Below, piece by piece: positions 1-14,300 of a stretch of 64,000 nt of DNA; within the stretch, counting starts at the first letter, position 1, and each line of letters opens with the position of its first letter. The notes under the pieces are model-generated. The model had not been told where the DNA came from and did no database searches. It worked only from the letters and a program-made list of their open reading frames with translations. Source of the stretch: Pocillopora damicornis (taxonomy: Eukaryota); the NCBI RefSeq assembly GCF_003704095.1, contig NW_020844270.1:248001-312000 (forward strand). The letters are read 5' to 3'. Both the position numbers and the translations under genes were made by a program.

Positions 1-144
1 TCAACCAAGACAGCTGATTTGTGTCTTGGAAAGATTTCGTCAAATTTATTTTCTTGAGAGGCTACATGATTTTCCTACACTGTGGTGAAAAAAAAAGTTG
101 TTGATATTGAAAATTATTTAAGATTACATATTTCTTCTTCCTAC

Positions 145-1896
145 CAACAATAACCCGTTATCAGTGTCTTCATAGCCATGTCGTGTGAACCGAACAAATC
201 CCGAATGTCTCCCATTCTTTCTTCGTGCTTTACTTCAAACTTGATTTCCTCTCTCGAAATCTGTTTGCCATTCACGTGGGCAATGCTTTTGCAGAGATCC
301 ACAGCCTTTTCAGTCTTTCCTTTCACAATCAGCCACCGAAGAGATTCCGGAGAAATCCTGACAAAAAGACATGAAGCTATAAGTACGATTCTCAGAGGAA
401 GCATCGTTTCAAGGCAACTAAATAGATAATTACTCAGCCATATCTAAGCATATATCACATAACGATTTTCAGCTGGAAATATTAAGTTAACGTTGACTGA
501 ATATTAATTGGATGGTTTGTCGTTGTCTAGTCGGTTAGTTTACAAGTCTTTAGGAGGGACATCTATGGTAAGCTTCTAAAGAACCCTGAAAAGTCGGCAC
601 TTACAAGAAGCCCAAGGCAAGAGGGATTGCTGGTGCCCCTGTGACAATACACAGTAATCTCCAATCTGTTATGAGATACGCAATTCCTGCCAGGCCCATC
701 AACGAAAGGGTCCAAGAATACCAAAGAGACGTCCCCATTATGGCCCTGTGTCGAGCACCCACAAATTCGGAGATAAAGATGAAGATACTGACTCCACCAC
801 CTGATAAAGAGAAAAGCACAGATAATAATAATTAACTATGATTATAATGATTAGAGGGTACTAGTACCCTGGAATAAATACGTAGCTAAAAATATAACAT
901 AGGGCTGGATTAAATTAAGTAAAAAATATTTATAGCGGAGATATAGTATTGCCCGAACATACATTCGATCTACACAGACATCAAACACACAAAAACAAAG
1001 AATTATAACAAGATTTAACAATTTTCGAAGATCAAACTCTAGCTACGGTTACATACATGGACAATAGTACGTTAAGATAAAGCCAGTTGCCGAGAGTGTC
1101 ATCAGTACAATGAAAGATAGTGCTCCCTAAGAACCGAGTGAGAATTCACTTTCAAATAAATGTGTATCGCATAAGCAGCTCTGTGAAATCCCTACGTATT
1201 TTTTCATAGCACACACTTACCTAAACTAAAACCAACAACGAAACGAAAAAGAGTGAATAGCCAATAGGAGTTGGGGAAAGCTGACAGCAAGCTGAATAGT
1301 GCAACAACAAATCCAGATGTGAATATGATGATTCTCCTGCCGAATTTGTCCGATAAAGTACTTATTATGGCGTTACCCATCAAAGAGCCAAGGAAGAGCA
1401 AAGAGGAAGACACAGTTCCATAGATCGCTTTGTCACACACCAGGTCAAACTGTGAAGGAAAAAGGAGACTAAATAGATTTAAGTAATTTTCTAATTCTAG
1501 TCGGATTAAGGTTGCAAAGTGCATTTAAACTGAATGTCGTAATACCAAACCTAAAATCAAACGAATAGTATGAATTCCAATCAGAGCCTATTCACTCACT
1601 AATGTCTGTACCTGTGTGACAACTGAAGTATATTCGCCAACAAATTCCCAGGCTCCTCTTGACATGTTACACCTCAGATCGTAGTTGTTGTCCCCTGGGT
1701 ACACAATTGCACCTATCTGACACTCAGTGCTGTTTGCAACGCAACGCCACCCGGGCTCAGCGGCAATGAACGTTGACAGAAGCAGCGGCCATGCGAACCA
1801 GAACCACCCGAGGATGCTGGCGAAGATTAGCAGACGCAATTGATAACGGCCGAAGCTACCGATTTTTGTTAGCACCTGGTCAGCGGTTAATGCCAT
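145..1896 (-). CDS. SLC22-family organic cation transporter (MFS), 5' four coding exons; gene continues past the window start
   Basis: Exons 1896-1612, 1449-1221, 800-605 and 357-145 have GT-AG ends and join in frame. Protein MALTADQVLTKIGSFGRYQ...CVANSTEC...WEFVGEYTSVVTQFDLVC...LSDKFGRR...ISEFVGARHR...SPESLRWLIVKG carries the typical SLC22 motifs. Confidence 0.93.
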
Positions 1897-1984
1897 TGCT
1901 TGAACAGACAAGAAAGAGAGGGGGTAGTGTATATTTTCTGATTGTTTTTGTTTTGTTTTATTCTTATTTAGTGTAATTGCTCAG

Positions 1985-2230
1985 GCTATTATTGAGATAC
2001 ATATGCTCTGATTGGTCGAGTATTGTGTCATATCTTGCAATAATCACTTTGCACGAGGTGATTCTAGCAAGGGCGCCAAATTTCAAATGACTGCCCTGCG
2101 TTTGGAAAAAGTTTCCGAGGAAGTAATAGACACGATAGAAGAAAATTCAATTGCAAAAAACACAGAAGATGCTAATGAGTTTGGCGTAACATTCCTCAGA
2201 AGTGAACTGTGAAGTTTTTGCTGATTTATT
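1985..2230 (+). mobile_element. Crypton-like (tyrosine recombinase/DUF3504-type) transposon relic
   Basis: MTALRLEKVSEEVIDTIEENSIAKNTEDANEFGVTFLR resembles the N-terminal 'S.EEI...E...KNT..AT..GV..F' motif of Crypton-derived proteins; it follows a ctctgattggtcgag motif and the frame is truncated. Assigned from memory. Confidence 0.45.
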
Positions 2231-5200
2231 AAATAGACCTGTTAAATTATCTTGAAATGAGTAATCAACACAATAGTAACAAAACGCGCGTAATGCTTTC
2301 TTTACTTACAGAATTTACAATGGAATTCAAAAGCGTCTAAGCAATTATATTAAAACAATTATTCGCCTCAGGCTTTGTGGCGATTGTCCCATGATCCCCT
2401 TGAATTTCTAGCCTTTTGATTGGCTGAACGGAGTCAGGTTATGAACTTGTTACTTAGCGTTAAGCTCAAAACCTAGTTCCGACAAATATGGTCGGTGAAT
2501 TTTTGCGAAGTCAAAGAAAAATTTTCACTGAGCGAGCCGTAAAGCAACGGCGGAAAAAATCGTTTTGATCGAGAGCTTACAAGTAAAAAAAGTAACAGAA
2601 CTAATATAGAAAATGCGACGGGCCTACCACCGAAAAAGACAATAAATTCGGTTCAAACATATTTCACCGTATGTAACTAGTATTTCTTGACGTCCACTGA
2701 GACCTGAGCTTAAGCAACACAAAGTCGCCTTGCATACTTTAAATTTGCTTTAACTTAAACAATTATTTTTCTCAGGCTTGCCGAATATGTCATTATTATA
2801 ATCAAGTCGACGCCACTCGCCTCGTTGGTTATTTATCATCTCATATTCGTAGAATAATTGTTGGATATTCACCTTGCTTTTAACGAGTAATTTTTGTGTG
2901 GGATTTCCCTACACTTTGTCAGGGCTTGCAGTATTTATTTATCTATTTGTGTACGAAAGCAAAGTTTCGGTCACGTGGTCTCTGATTTACACTTGAATGA
3001 TTTCATTACTTTCAACTCCCGTTTATTTCTACCAACAACCGAAGTTTTACGGAAAGATGCATCATAATGACAAAGTCCAGTACTATCCTGTGGATTTACG
3101 ATTAGCAATTTGAGGTTCCCTCTTTCAACTATGATTTGTTGGTACGTTGCGTGACGGCACCAGGTTCTGTAGATTCGCAAGTTAAAAAACTAATGCCTTC
3201 AAACTTCCTGCCAAAATTTTTCACATTAACTGTTCATGTTTAAACAGAAAAGCTAATTTGCAAAAGTATAGTTTCCGTAAAGTGTTCTAAGCTGGAAGCA
3301 CGAATACTATTAATTAACATTTGCAGTTGCTTACTGGTTTATCCAGGTTTATCGTAAACAAATTCTACTCTGCTACGAGCGACTGATTCCAATATTTCCG
3401 CTGAGGAATAAAAGTAGACGCTGACTTTGGAATAACTCTTACCACCATTGACCAGTCATCCCAACAGGTTTATTTTGACAAATGGTAAGCACACCTAATT
3501 TCCTCGAAACTAGAAGTCCAAACATGTTTCTCCCGTAACCGTTTTCTCGTCTGTAGCTTGGGATTCTACGGAATCTTTACTCGACATTTATCACTATAAC
3601 ATGACAAAATGTATTACATTTATTGTGAAGGTAATCTCACTGCATCAACGTTTACTTGACTGAAGTCCCGCACAAGTACGCATTGCGAACCCTTTTTTAA
3701 ATTTGTATCTATCAAAGAATTTATTTTTATCTGTAGCCGGTATGAATATCGAAAGTAAGTGCTAGCGCGACACGAAAAGCAATCAGGAGGCATGTTGCCC
3801 CTTATTGATAGATACCAACGGCGGAGGGTAATTAGCAACCGGCTATCTGTCGTTTGTTTAACCCTAAAGATGTTTACAAGGTCACTCTTCTGATCCTCAT
3901 TTCAGATAAGATAAGGTCAGTGATTTGGGTTACACGAATGTTTCTCTTGGTTTTTATTTCAGCAAGTTAGAGCTTGCTCTTTCAATACTGTACAACTCCT
4001 TCACAGCGACCAAGAGATTAAAACACTAAAGAATTGCCGCCTACATTTCTAAAGAATACGGATCTTCTGAGCTTTTTCATCGCACTTGTTGTCACAACTT
4101 TAATTCATAATACTCCTAAGATTGTGTTCCATAGTAAAACATAAAACATTTGATGAACTTTAATCACGAACAAGCGTATTACCAACTTTATCAATAGTTG
4201 CTAAGGAGTTTCGTTTTTTACACTTCAGAGGAAAAGCTTCAAATCAAGGATGAAAAACGAACAAACTTGCTAGACGAAAAACTTCGCCTAGTAGCCCTCT
4301 TGAGTTGTCTGATGTCGCTTGGTAATTCGAAGATCGCTAGTTTTTCCTTGAGTGGCATTCTCGTTCTGATTTAAAATTCTTTACCCCTAGCCATGCACTT
4401 ATGGACATTTTTTGGTTCACCTTGATTTGGAATTGGAGCTCTTGAATTGGAATTTTCCGGTCAAATTATACGTGCGGTAACGAACCTAAGTAAATCTGAT
4501 CGAATCATGCTCGACAAAGTTAAACGCCCTGAGGGAATCAGATATCCATCAACTCTGCCAAGTCAGACGTCTGCGGAACTGAAAGCTATTTTGATTTCGT
4601 TGGAGCTATTCGAGGTATGTAATTAATCCTCGAGTTTGTTCTGTAAGCTGTTACGAGTATAATATCTGAAGGTATTTGCCGCAGCTTTTAATTATGAACC
4701 ATTTCTCCAAATTACGCTCATCCCATCGAAAGAGAAAGTGATTTCATTTCCTCAAGGTAATGATTCATTTTCTTTTGCCCTTCAGCTGGATAACATTTTA
4801 ACAGACTTGAAACGGGCATTTCGTCCAGTTTGATAAGTACTTCTTGATACAAAACAGATTGTTGACTTCAGCTAGACCTGGTATTGGTTCCACTAGGTCT
4901 CTAGTACAGTGATAAGAAACGGCCCGTTTCTTGTATCAATAAACAAACTGAACTCACCTCTTCTACAGAAAAGAAGTGAATCACCTCTCTTGTTCCTTTG
5001 GGCAACACATAAAACAACTGTATTCTGAGGCTTAAGGTTATAGTCGTGTTGATTGCTCAAAGTGAGTATCTGTTACGAGTTGGGTGTCATGTGAACTAGA
5101 TGATATTTCACCATCCCGGGAATGTCTTAGAAGGGTGTCACTTTCTTCTTATATCGTTTTAAGCTCCAAACACATTTTTTAAGGATCAGTTTTGGTCTTA

Positions 5201-6039
5201 AGTAACAAAGATTAAAAAGTTTTCGCCTGCACCAGCATTTTCGTTCATCAGTTTAACTGATCCACGCTAGTCCGTTGACCATAGACGTGACTGCCTACCG
5301 TCATAACCAAAGCGCCAAGGATTGAAATACTGGTCGGGCTGATAATATGTAACGCTTTTTCAAAACTTCCGTTTTTAACCTGACCACACAAGAAACATAA
5401 GATTCTCAAAACGATCTTTACAATAAAATCTCCACTTTTGAAATAATTTTCCAACTTTCAAACGAAGATAAGATAGTGCAGATTGCGGGTGAATAGTGTC
5501 ACGCAAATTCGTCAAAATGTGATGTTTGCTTTGAAATACAACTGTTTGCCTTACGATTTAATTATTTCTGATGTCAATCGCTACCTTTCGACAAGCCTGC
5601 GGGCGTTTGAAGCGTTGTGGCGTTTTCCGACCCAGGAAGATTTGAGACGAGTCGGGGAGAGGTTTGCTGGGGGTCTGGCACTAATATTGAGTGTTAAAGC
5701 CTTGCAGACCTCTCGCCAGCTCATGTTGCTTAAGCTTGGCCTCTTACTTTCCAGTAGACGAAGAAACGCTTGTGCTAATGATGAAGCCTACCCTCAAACT
5801 ATCTTTCGACAGCATAATACTAATCTTCTTCAACGTAAAACCATTGTTCTCAGCTGTGATAGGATGGTTTTTAACTTCTAGCCCATTCATTGAGCTCCCT
5901 CAGTGGTCCGTTACCAGACATAAGTTCTTGCGGGCCGGCTGCAGTGTCAATTGAAACCTCGAGGTTTGGTCAAGATCCTTGCCTATACTTTCATTCGAGC
6001 AAACAAATTTCAAAACAAAATTACCCAGAGAAGCTGTGA

Positions 6040-6250
6040 CGGAACAGTTAGCACATTAGCCTGCGTTGAGAGGTCCGGATTGACCTTGCCGGGTCACCGC
6101 GTTGTCTTCTTATGTTAGTACTGTACAATTATATTTCCTTCTTCCACCTAGGGGTGTAAATGAGCAGGTTAACTTGTGATGCACGGGCATCCCATCCAAG
6201 AGGAGTTTCAGTACTTCCTAGGGACATCATGCGAGTCGGGGATAAGCTTT
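6040..6250 (+). mobile_element. degenerate tRNA-derived SINE
   Basis: Body motifs (gttgtcttctt...ccacctaggggtgtaaatg...gcatcccatccaagaggag...ggataagct) match the reverse-oriented SINE at ~31075-31385. Confidence 0.5.
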
Positions 6251-6918
6251 TCCACCCCCTCCACCCACAATAAAATTTCTGCTTATGACAATATTCCTCT
6301 AGATTTACCTCTCTCCCCTTCTCCTAGCCATTCATCGTGGTTCCCAGGCCGTTTACCTGTGAATATACATCAGTTTTTGCAACATTTGCTCATCCAAACT
6401 AATGCTTCAAAGCAACAGAGCCATGTTCCTTTCGTTTTTAAAAAAATGTGAAACAGTCTTAATGTTTCACCAGATTAGGCTACCATGATGAACTCAGTCT
6501 GCATGCAAGTATCTGATTTATTGGGGAATATACCATAAACTACTTTAGGAAGGAATTATATGAAACACGTTCCACCAAATTCACTTTTAATTATGAATTA
6601 ATAATTTCACCAAATGATTATTCAAAACCTTTTGCACGCTACACGCTGTAAACATAAAAATCAGAAAGATCTCCATTTTCCAAGTTCATTTTTCAAGTTC
6701 AAAAGTATTCACCATGTTCATGTTGTTTGAACATCTGGGTTGGAGTTGGGTTTAATGTTAAAAGAAAAACAGTGACTGAGTGTCCATGCAAGGTCAATGC
6801 ATAACATTACTGAAATTTCTGGGTAACCTGTCGTTTCATACCCAGCTTGGTTGATTTGTACCCACTCAGTTCAGTTGTTTGCACTCATGCTAATGAAGTG
6901 TTTCCATGTTTGGTATTC

Positions 6919-7140
6919 TTAACCTTTTCCACCCTAACATCAGTATGCATATTCTCCATACTGTTTCCTGTATATATCTATACATTCCCTTGGGTGCTGA
7001 TGAGGAGAATTTGTTTCATAATTCAGAGCTTCTCTAGTTGGTGACCATTTCTTTTATTCTCATTACCTGCATGTTTGGTTTGTGGGTGATATTGTAGGGA
7101 GAAATTAGATGCTGGTCACTCTTAAGGGTTGAAGTGTTAA
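6919..7140. mobile_element. non-autonomous DNA transposon with TTAA-bounded ends (piggyBac/Kolobok-like MITE)
   Basis: ttaacctttt...gggttgaagtgttaa ends; related degenerate copies at ~38175-38380, ~61560-61640 and 63553-63778. Confidence 0.5.
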
Positions 7141-7756
7141 AGTAAAGTCAGTTTAATATTTTAAATAGCAACATCAACTGTGTTGAATAACTTTTGAAAT
7201 TTTTCTATTTTTAATATACAACCAGTGAAATTAAGGCCTAGGGCTGAAAAAGCAGGGTCCATGAGTCATAAGAAAGACACAAACAGTATTTCCACCAGAT
7301 GCATACAGGCTGTATATATTTACTTTCCATCCTAAATGAACTTACATTACAAACTAATGTTCATAATATCAAAACCTCAATTTTTAAAAATTGTATTTAG
7401 ACAGTATTGTGAATGAATGTATATGTATATTGGGACAAGTTGACAAGCAGTTCAAGTACAAACCCTCTCAAACTTGATACAATTTGACTACTTTGGATAT
7501 GAGACAACTGAGTATGAAACCACTGAATACCGATTTCTTTAGAACTGTAGCTAATGCCAAGACTGCAGAGAGATACAGTTGAAATCAGTATACACAAATA
7601 AGAACTTAAATGAAGGAAAACCTAACTGAAAGTAAAACCTTTACCAAAAGTTTGACTTTGTTCTTGCCTACCTACATGTAACTATTTTTATGAAACACAA
7701 TGCCTATATGTGCGTGATAAAAAACCACTATGTCACTGTTCCATGAGGAAACAAAC

Positions 7757-10700
7757 TTAAGTTTTCCCTGCCAGTGCCTTCTTTAGTTCAGATGGTTTAA
7801 ACACACCATGCTCAGTGACAATGCCCCCTGTTATCAATTCTGCTGGAGTCACATCAAAAGCTGGATTCCAGCAAGCAATGCCAGGAGCAGCAATGCGAAC
7901 ACCTGCTACAGTAGTAAGTTCTTCTGCAGGTCTCTCCTCAATCACAATGTCACTGCCATGTTCTAAGGACATGTCTATGCTAGTGGAGGGCACAGCAACA
8001 TAGAATGGGATTCCATGATGTTTAGCTGAAAAAGAAAAGAAAGTTTATTGTTAACATTGACTGGCAGTATTTTATATAAAAACTTTAATATCTGTGAGAC
8101 AATGACACTGCCTATTTGTACACAACACTACAGAGATATCAGTCCAGGTGCAAGCTTCTCAATGGGTCATTGAACAATGGGTTTTTTAGGTTAGACAGTT
8201 TACCCTCAAAAATTCCCTCTCCAAAAAACTGTTTGGGAAAGGTAATGAATTGCTTTCTTTGTTTAAATAGAAATCAAAACTCTGTCCTTATAAACCATGC
8301 AGTGGAAATAACAAATTCAGCAGCACACAGAATTAAGTGCAATTTGGTGTTAATAAGTACAAGTAAATTTTTGAAAGATTTACGAGTGTTTATTTAACCA
8401 AATTGCTTGAGAAATCATGTTGTTACTTGTTAATAATTTACATGGAAAAAGCATTGCAGAAAGTCAAGACAGATGAAATTTTGAAAGTGCTTGCATTTGT
8501 AATTTGCACTTGTGTTATAACTTTGCACTTGTTTTCAGCCAATCAGAAGCACATAATTTTTTTCATGTATACTATTAATCAGTATGGGCCTAATGAGCTT
8601 ATGAGTCTGAATATCGAAAAAAAAAAAGTGAAAGAGACAATGCCTGGCATATCACTTCTTTACCAGCTATAGCAATCTGATATGTCCCTATCTTATTGGC
8701 TGTATCTCCATTGGAAACCACTCTGTCAGCACCAACAACAACTGCATGTACTCCTTTTGTCTTCATGAGTAGTGACACCATTGAATCTGCAACTAAAGTT
8801 GAAGGAATATTCTCATAGACCAACTCATATGCTGTAAGCCTTGATCCTTGGTTATAAGGTCTGGTCTCAGTGCAGAACACATGGTCAATATGGTCTTGTT
8901 CAGACAAATGTCTTATCACTCCTAATGCTGTCCCAAATCCTGACGTTGCTAAGGAACCAGTGTTGCAGTGTGTGAGCACCTTTAACTTGTCAGCCCCCAC
9001 CAGTTGTAACATATGCTCTGCACCAAGCCTTCCAAGAGCCTTGTTATCACTTAAATCTTTGTCTAGCATTCCTTCCATTTCTTTGATAAGTTCTATCTTG
9101 ATACTTTCAGTATCGCTGACTTTTGATGACAAGCCTTTGACTAATAATGTCAAATGCTTTGCAGCTTCCATAATATTTACAGCTGTTGGTCGAGCTGTGG
9201 TAAGATACTGAAGCTTCTCTGCAACAAAGTTTTCCACTTCTTCTTTGGAACTAAATGACATTGGTAAAATCTCTACTGCAAGACTCAAGGCACCAACCAA
9301 AGCAATTGCGGGAGCTCCACGAACCTGGAACAATAAAATATACATGTATCTCCGAAAAGTTTTGATTATTTACTAAATCAAATGCTCATTTACTGAATGT
9401 ATAGTTTGAAATGAACAACTCTATAACATACATCACATACACTAGAAAAATTAGCCACAGCACATTTCAACTTGTTCATAAATATGACTATTAGTAATAT
9501 TACAATATCAGTGCTCTGATGCAGGATCATTTTTCAACAACAAAAATAACCAACTAAATTTCATCAGGATTTAGAGTTTTACTAACTACAAAAAAATTGA
9601 CTGCCACCAACCATGTAACAGTTGCAAATCTACCTGTAAGCAAACCAAATTTGAGCCAACCAAATGCCAAAATTATTTCCATGTACTGTTTCGTGACTTT
9701 TGCAGTGTAGGCTACACTGCAAGTTAACCTACAACTTAAGTGAGTACATAGTATTGCTGAATATTCTCCAATTCCTTTCTAAGATCTAGTTTTCGCAGGG
9801 AGTTCTTATGAACATCAATCACATCATCTATCACAGTAGGAACCAAAACATTAAAAACTGCACAAGTTTGGTTTCATTATGCAATGTTTCAAGAAAATTA
9901 ACCAGAAATGGTTGCATGTGTTTCACCATCTTAAATATTTGTACTTCTTCCAAGTAACTAGTGTACCATTTTTTTAAAATTCTTCTTCCTGAAAATTGGC
10001 ACAACACATGTCTATACAACAGTTATTACAAGTTCTCTGTTGTTTCTTTCTGGTATTGTAGTGCAGGCACAACAATGCAAAGAGAAAGAGAAAGGGAAAA
10101 GTGGAGTCAAAGACACTTATGAGTCCACTGCATAAGTTTCAATCCAAATCACTAGAGCTTTGTGTTCAACATAATTCTGTTTAACACAATAAATCTGTAA
10201 TAAACTGTTCTTCATCTGTGCTTAGTTTCCTGTAGTCTTGATCCAAACCTACTTGTAAGCAAATGTGTACCGACTCTCAGTAACATAGAATTTGATTTTC
10301 TCCTTGGAATGTATGGTTCACAAAGAGTTTTACTTCATCTCACTTCACCCCGTAATCCTTTCCCCTGAACTGAATGAACAAGTATACCCAATTTATTTAC
10401 AGTATATATTTCTCGAAATGATCCATTGGAGTTTGTCTTCTTTTTATCTTTATCAGCCAGACCTGTCTTGAATTTTTGTTGCTCTTCAGTATGAAGTTGA
10501 ATTCCTAAAAATATTTTTTCCTTTTTCTTTCCCTCATCGTTTCCTAAACATCCACCTCTCTTGATTAGGAAGGAAGCTGATTCAGCAATTTCTTTAATAG
10601 AAGAAGTTTGTTTTGATCCACTGTTTACAAGAAAGTGGCAAATATTCCCATAAATAAAAGGATGCAAACTATCTTGATTCGTGCAGGGTGAAATTGTCTC

Positions 10701-11347
10701 CTCAAGATTAACATGGAACAAGGCAAGTTTGCTTGTTTTCCTACTCTTTGCACATAAATCACAAACTATTTGAGCACTTTCGGCACAATTTTTCCAAGAA
10801 GCCATGATTAAATTCTATGGTAACTTTCTTTTTCGAATTGAATTAACATTAAAATAAATAAGAAGTATTCCACCTTCACTCTTCGTAAAACCTTTCGAGC
10901 CGCCGAAGTGAAAACGTACTTGTATCAACGTTCCAAAACGTTCCCTGAGTCAGCAACCCTGGATGTCCACGTGGACAATTGAGGTCCTTATTACGATTTC
11001 ACAAAATAGCGCTAGCTTCTAAACGACATCAGTTCATAAAAAAGCTATCCTTGTCTATATCACGGCCTTTGAAAAACATTCGCATGATTTTGCTCCAAAA
11101 AAGCCACCTATCCCAACATAAAGGTTTTAAATTAAAGAAAATTGAATAGGTTCTCATTATTTAAAAATTAGCTCACTTCGCTAACATTATTTGTGAGCTG
11201 GTTTGCCTAACTAACCTTCATTGCTTTTATCGCTTGCCAGCCATCTTCTACGCCTCTAATCTCCTCATATACTGACTTGTGAGGAAGGAGAAGTTGGTTT
11301 AGAATCTCAAGATGTCCACGTTTGTATTTTATCGCTAATAGAGACAT
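7757..11347 (-). CDS. MRI1: methylthioribose-1-phosphate isomerase (methionine salvage; eIF2B-alpha-like fold), 353 aa, 3 exons
   Basis: Exons 11347-11216 ([23 protein letters not shown]...GWQAIKAMK), 9324-8664 and 8025-7757 total 1062 nt, in frame. Diagnostic motifs: [65 protein letters not shown]. Confidence 0.97.
9750..10805 (-). pseudogene. decayed coding relic (probably transposon-derived) inside MRI1 intron 1
   Basis: 156-aa ORF 10805-10335, followed by protein-like frames broken by stops and frameshifts (…[51 protein letters not shown]… and [32 protein letters not shown]). No family recognised. Confidence 0.35.
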
Positions 11348-14300
11348 TTTTGCTTCCGATGCAAAGCTTTAAACTATAAACCTCGTTTTGACAACCATAA
11401 TATTTAACTTCCCCCTCCCCAGAGTAGAAAATGAGCTCTCCCGAGTCCTTCCGCCGAGTAAGTTTCACTGGAATTCTTTCGATTTCATATTAAATGGATC
11501 CTAAAACGGGTAGTCTAACCTGGGTAAATACGTTACGCTTAACTTCGAATTGGAAAATACTTTCTTAAAAATAAAATTCACTGAGATAGCCTTCTATTTT
11601 CCACATTACAGTGTAAATGCTTAACCAAGAGAATAAACAATACATAATCACTTTGCCTTACTCAAGTATATCATATTTGCATCTATGAAGGTTTATTGCT
11701 ATTGAAGGGATATAGGCCCAACGTAACGCAAGGGACAAAAAAGAACCAAATCACGTATGATAGAAAAAATTAATAAGTGGCATAATTACGAAGGTAGCTG
11801 CAAATTAATGTTAACACTGAGTGCCAACATCCTCGCTGGCTGGAAGACAATACGGAAATCTTAAAGGCCGTTATGTTTATAATTGCGTTCATAATTGCGT
11901 AGAGTGACAAGCATCATGGAGACCAAAACTAATAAGAACTCGAACGTTCTCCTTTATTGCTTTTCATTCCATTTGATTCTTACCTTAAAGCTCACTCGCT
12001 TTTACTCGCTATTCGTTGCACCGGCGTCAAACAGCTGTTGAGTAAAACATCCTTCCTACAAGTCCTCGAAATCAGCTTGCTGATAACATTATTGTTGATG
12101 TCGACATCTACGGGTGCGCTTGGAAGTGGATCGAAAACTAAGGAACAAGTCGTCAAGAGAGATTTTTCTTATGTGCCAAGCGTAGAAGTGTCTGCTCCAA
12201 CTCGAATGGGCAACTGCGAAATGTAAGTTGTTTTTGTAACATGTGTAGGTGTTCACATAAGGAACATGGTTCTCACACAAATACCCGGGTGTGTTCTTTA
12301 TTCCTTTTTTTTTTTAACCATCATAGGTGTTTGCTTCAAATGAATTATCCTTAGTCGGTTTTACATCTTCCATTTGCGTGTACATAACAATACAGTGGAC
12401 GTCTTCACAAGTAAAAGTCAAATACAACTGATCAGTTCAGTTTGAACTTGCCTGATTAAATAAATATATAACATCTGGTGCACAATTTATTGCGACATAA
12501 AGGATAACTGTTTTTCTGCTTGAGGCATGCAGTGACTTGAACACTTCTTGGAACAAAAACGAAAAGCAATAAATAAAACTCGAGTCTTAAGTGAATTTTT
12601 TTTCTTCAGGGTTAATTAATTAAGAGAAGGTTTTTGGTTTTCATCTCGTTTTGTCAGAGTGCATTTAGAAACTATAACAGTAGACTATTATATATATATA
12701 TATGAAGGTTTATTAAAAAGTATTCAAAAATAGCACCCAAGTGGTGAAATACATGTGAATTTACAAGTATACTTTAAATATTTAAAAAATACGAAAATCT
12801 TACATTTGACTTTAAAATTAAGAGTCTAAAGGGGACTGGGAATTACAAGAGTCAGTAGTTATATACCAATGAAAAACGCTTAGGTTTGCTTGACTACAAG
12901 GACTGGGCGTTAGACGCCATTGTTGGAAAGAAAGATTTTTTAAATCTTTCGGTCCGGCATTTATTGCAGTGAGTGCATCGTGAGTTTATATTATCTTTGA
13001 AATATATGTTCCTTTTTGTTGCCGGCTGTTTGTAATTTCTTGCTCTTGATCTCTCTCGCCGTAATGATCTACTCGATATAACTTTTGTTCCTTGACCAAG
13101 CTGTTCATCTTTTCACATGAAAATTTTATTTCATCGTAGCAACCTGAAAGTCTCTCTTTTATTGTCACACAAAATTGAAATTTGCTACAAGCTTTGAACA
13201 TTTTTTAATGAGCTTCTTGGCTACAGCTCAAAATCAGAAATATCAAAAAGGACAACAAGAAAAAAATATCAGGTTTGAACTAAAATTGAAACATTCTTAC
13301 AATAACTCCATGGTAAACTTAAAAGTAATGTCAAAGTCGTTCGTGGAAGAGCGGTAAAAACTTCTGCTATTCAAAATCTCTAAAATTTTAAGGTTAAAAC
13401 ATTCTATGCGATTCTCTGAAAATTAAGCGATTGAAAGTAATATTATGTCCTTCTTCCTTTTCTTATAAGCGACATCTGAAAAGCAAAATGTGGGGGTTCT
13501 ATCTTGATTAATCATATTTCATTGTTACTATCGAACAGAGGGCAGAAATTTAAAGAAGGATAAAGGTGAGACAAATAAATCATAACAAATTCAATATTCT
13601 AAAAATAAGTACAAGGTAGACTTTACATTAGATTACAGTCATTTCGTGGAAGGGGGGAACATCTAGCACCCGCCTCCCAGAAAATACGTCTGATTTGCAG
13701 GCTATCACTTGTTAGTTCCATTGTTGAATAAGGTCAGAAGGCAGGAGGGAAAGATTCATTCGGAATAAAGCGACGTAAGTTATTCCATGTACTCTTAGAT
13801 TGGATAGTATTCCATCACAGAGTTCCTTGATGCGTGTAGTTTACTAGCCAGCGACCCTTTAGACTCCCGGCCGGGCACAGAGAGAAAATGTAAGAGTTAA
13901 TGTGGCCTCCTCGAGAACACAACATATGGAGCAAGTCACAGCTAGACCCTGGGGTTCTCAATCAGTCGTTCTGAAGTACAGTGTTCTCAGCATTGGGCCG
14001 GAATGTTTCCCAGCGTTGACGATAGTGAATTCATAATTTGAATACTTTATTTCGAAATTATTGAGCGGCTGTAAATATGTCAAACTTGCCACACGGGGAC
14101 AGGAGAACGGCTTATCTACTCATGCTGACCACGGTGCTCACAGCTTCCTTGTAATAATGATAAGCGTGTGTGAGCTAATTTTAACTCTCTCCAAAAATGT
14201 GGATGAGATCGAGACAGACGGGAAAGGAACAAATAAGATTAATTTTAAGTAATTAGGCTCAGCTCATTCCCCGCCAAAATTAATTTTACGCGCCCGTTTC

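Noticed and set aside
8870-9211. Plus-strand 113-aa ORF, and similar antisense ORFs over SLC22, LicD and CTBS exons
   Set aside because: Antisense shadows of real coding exons.
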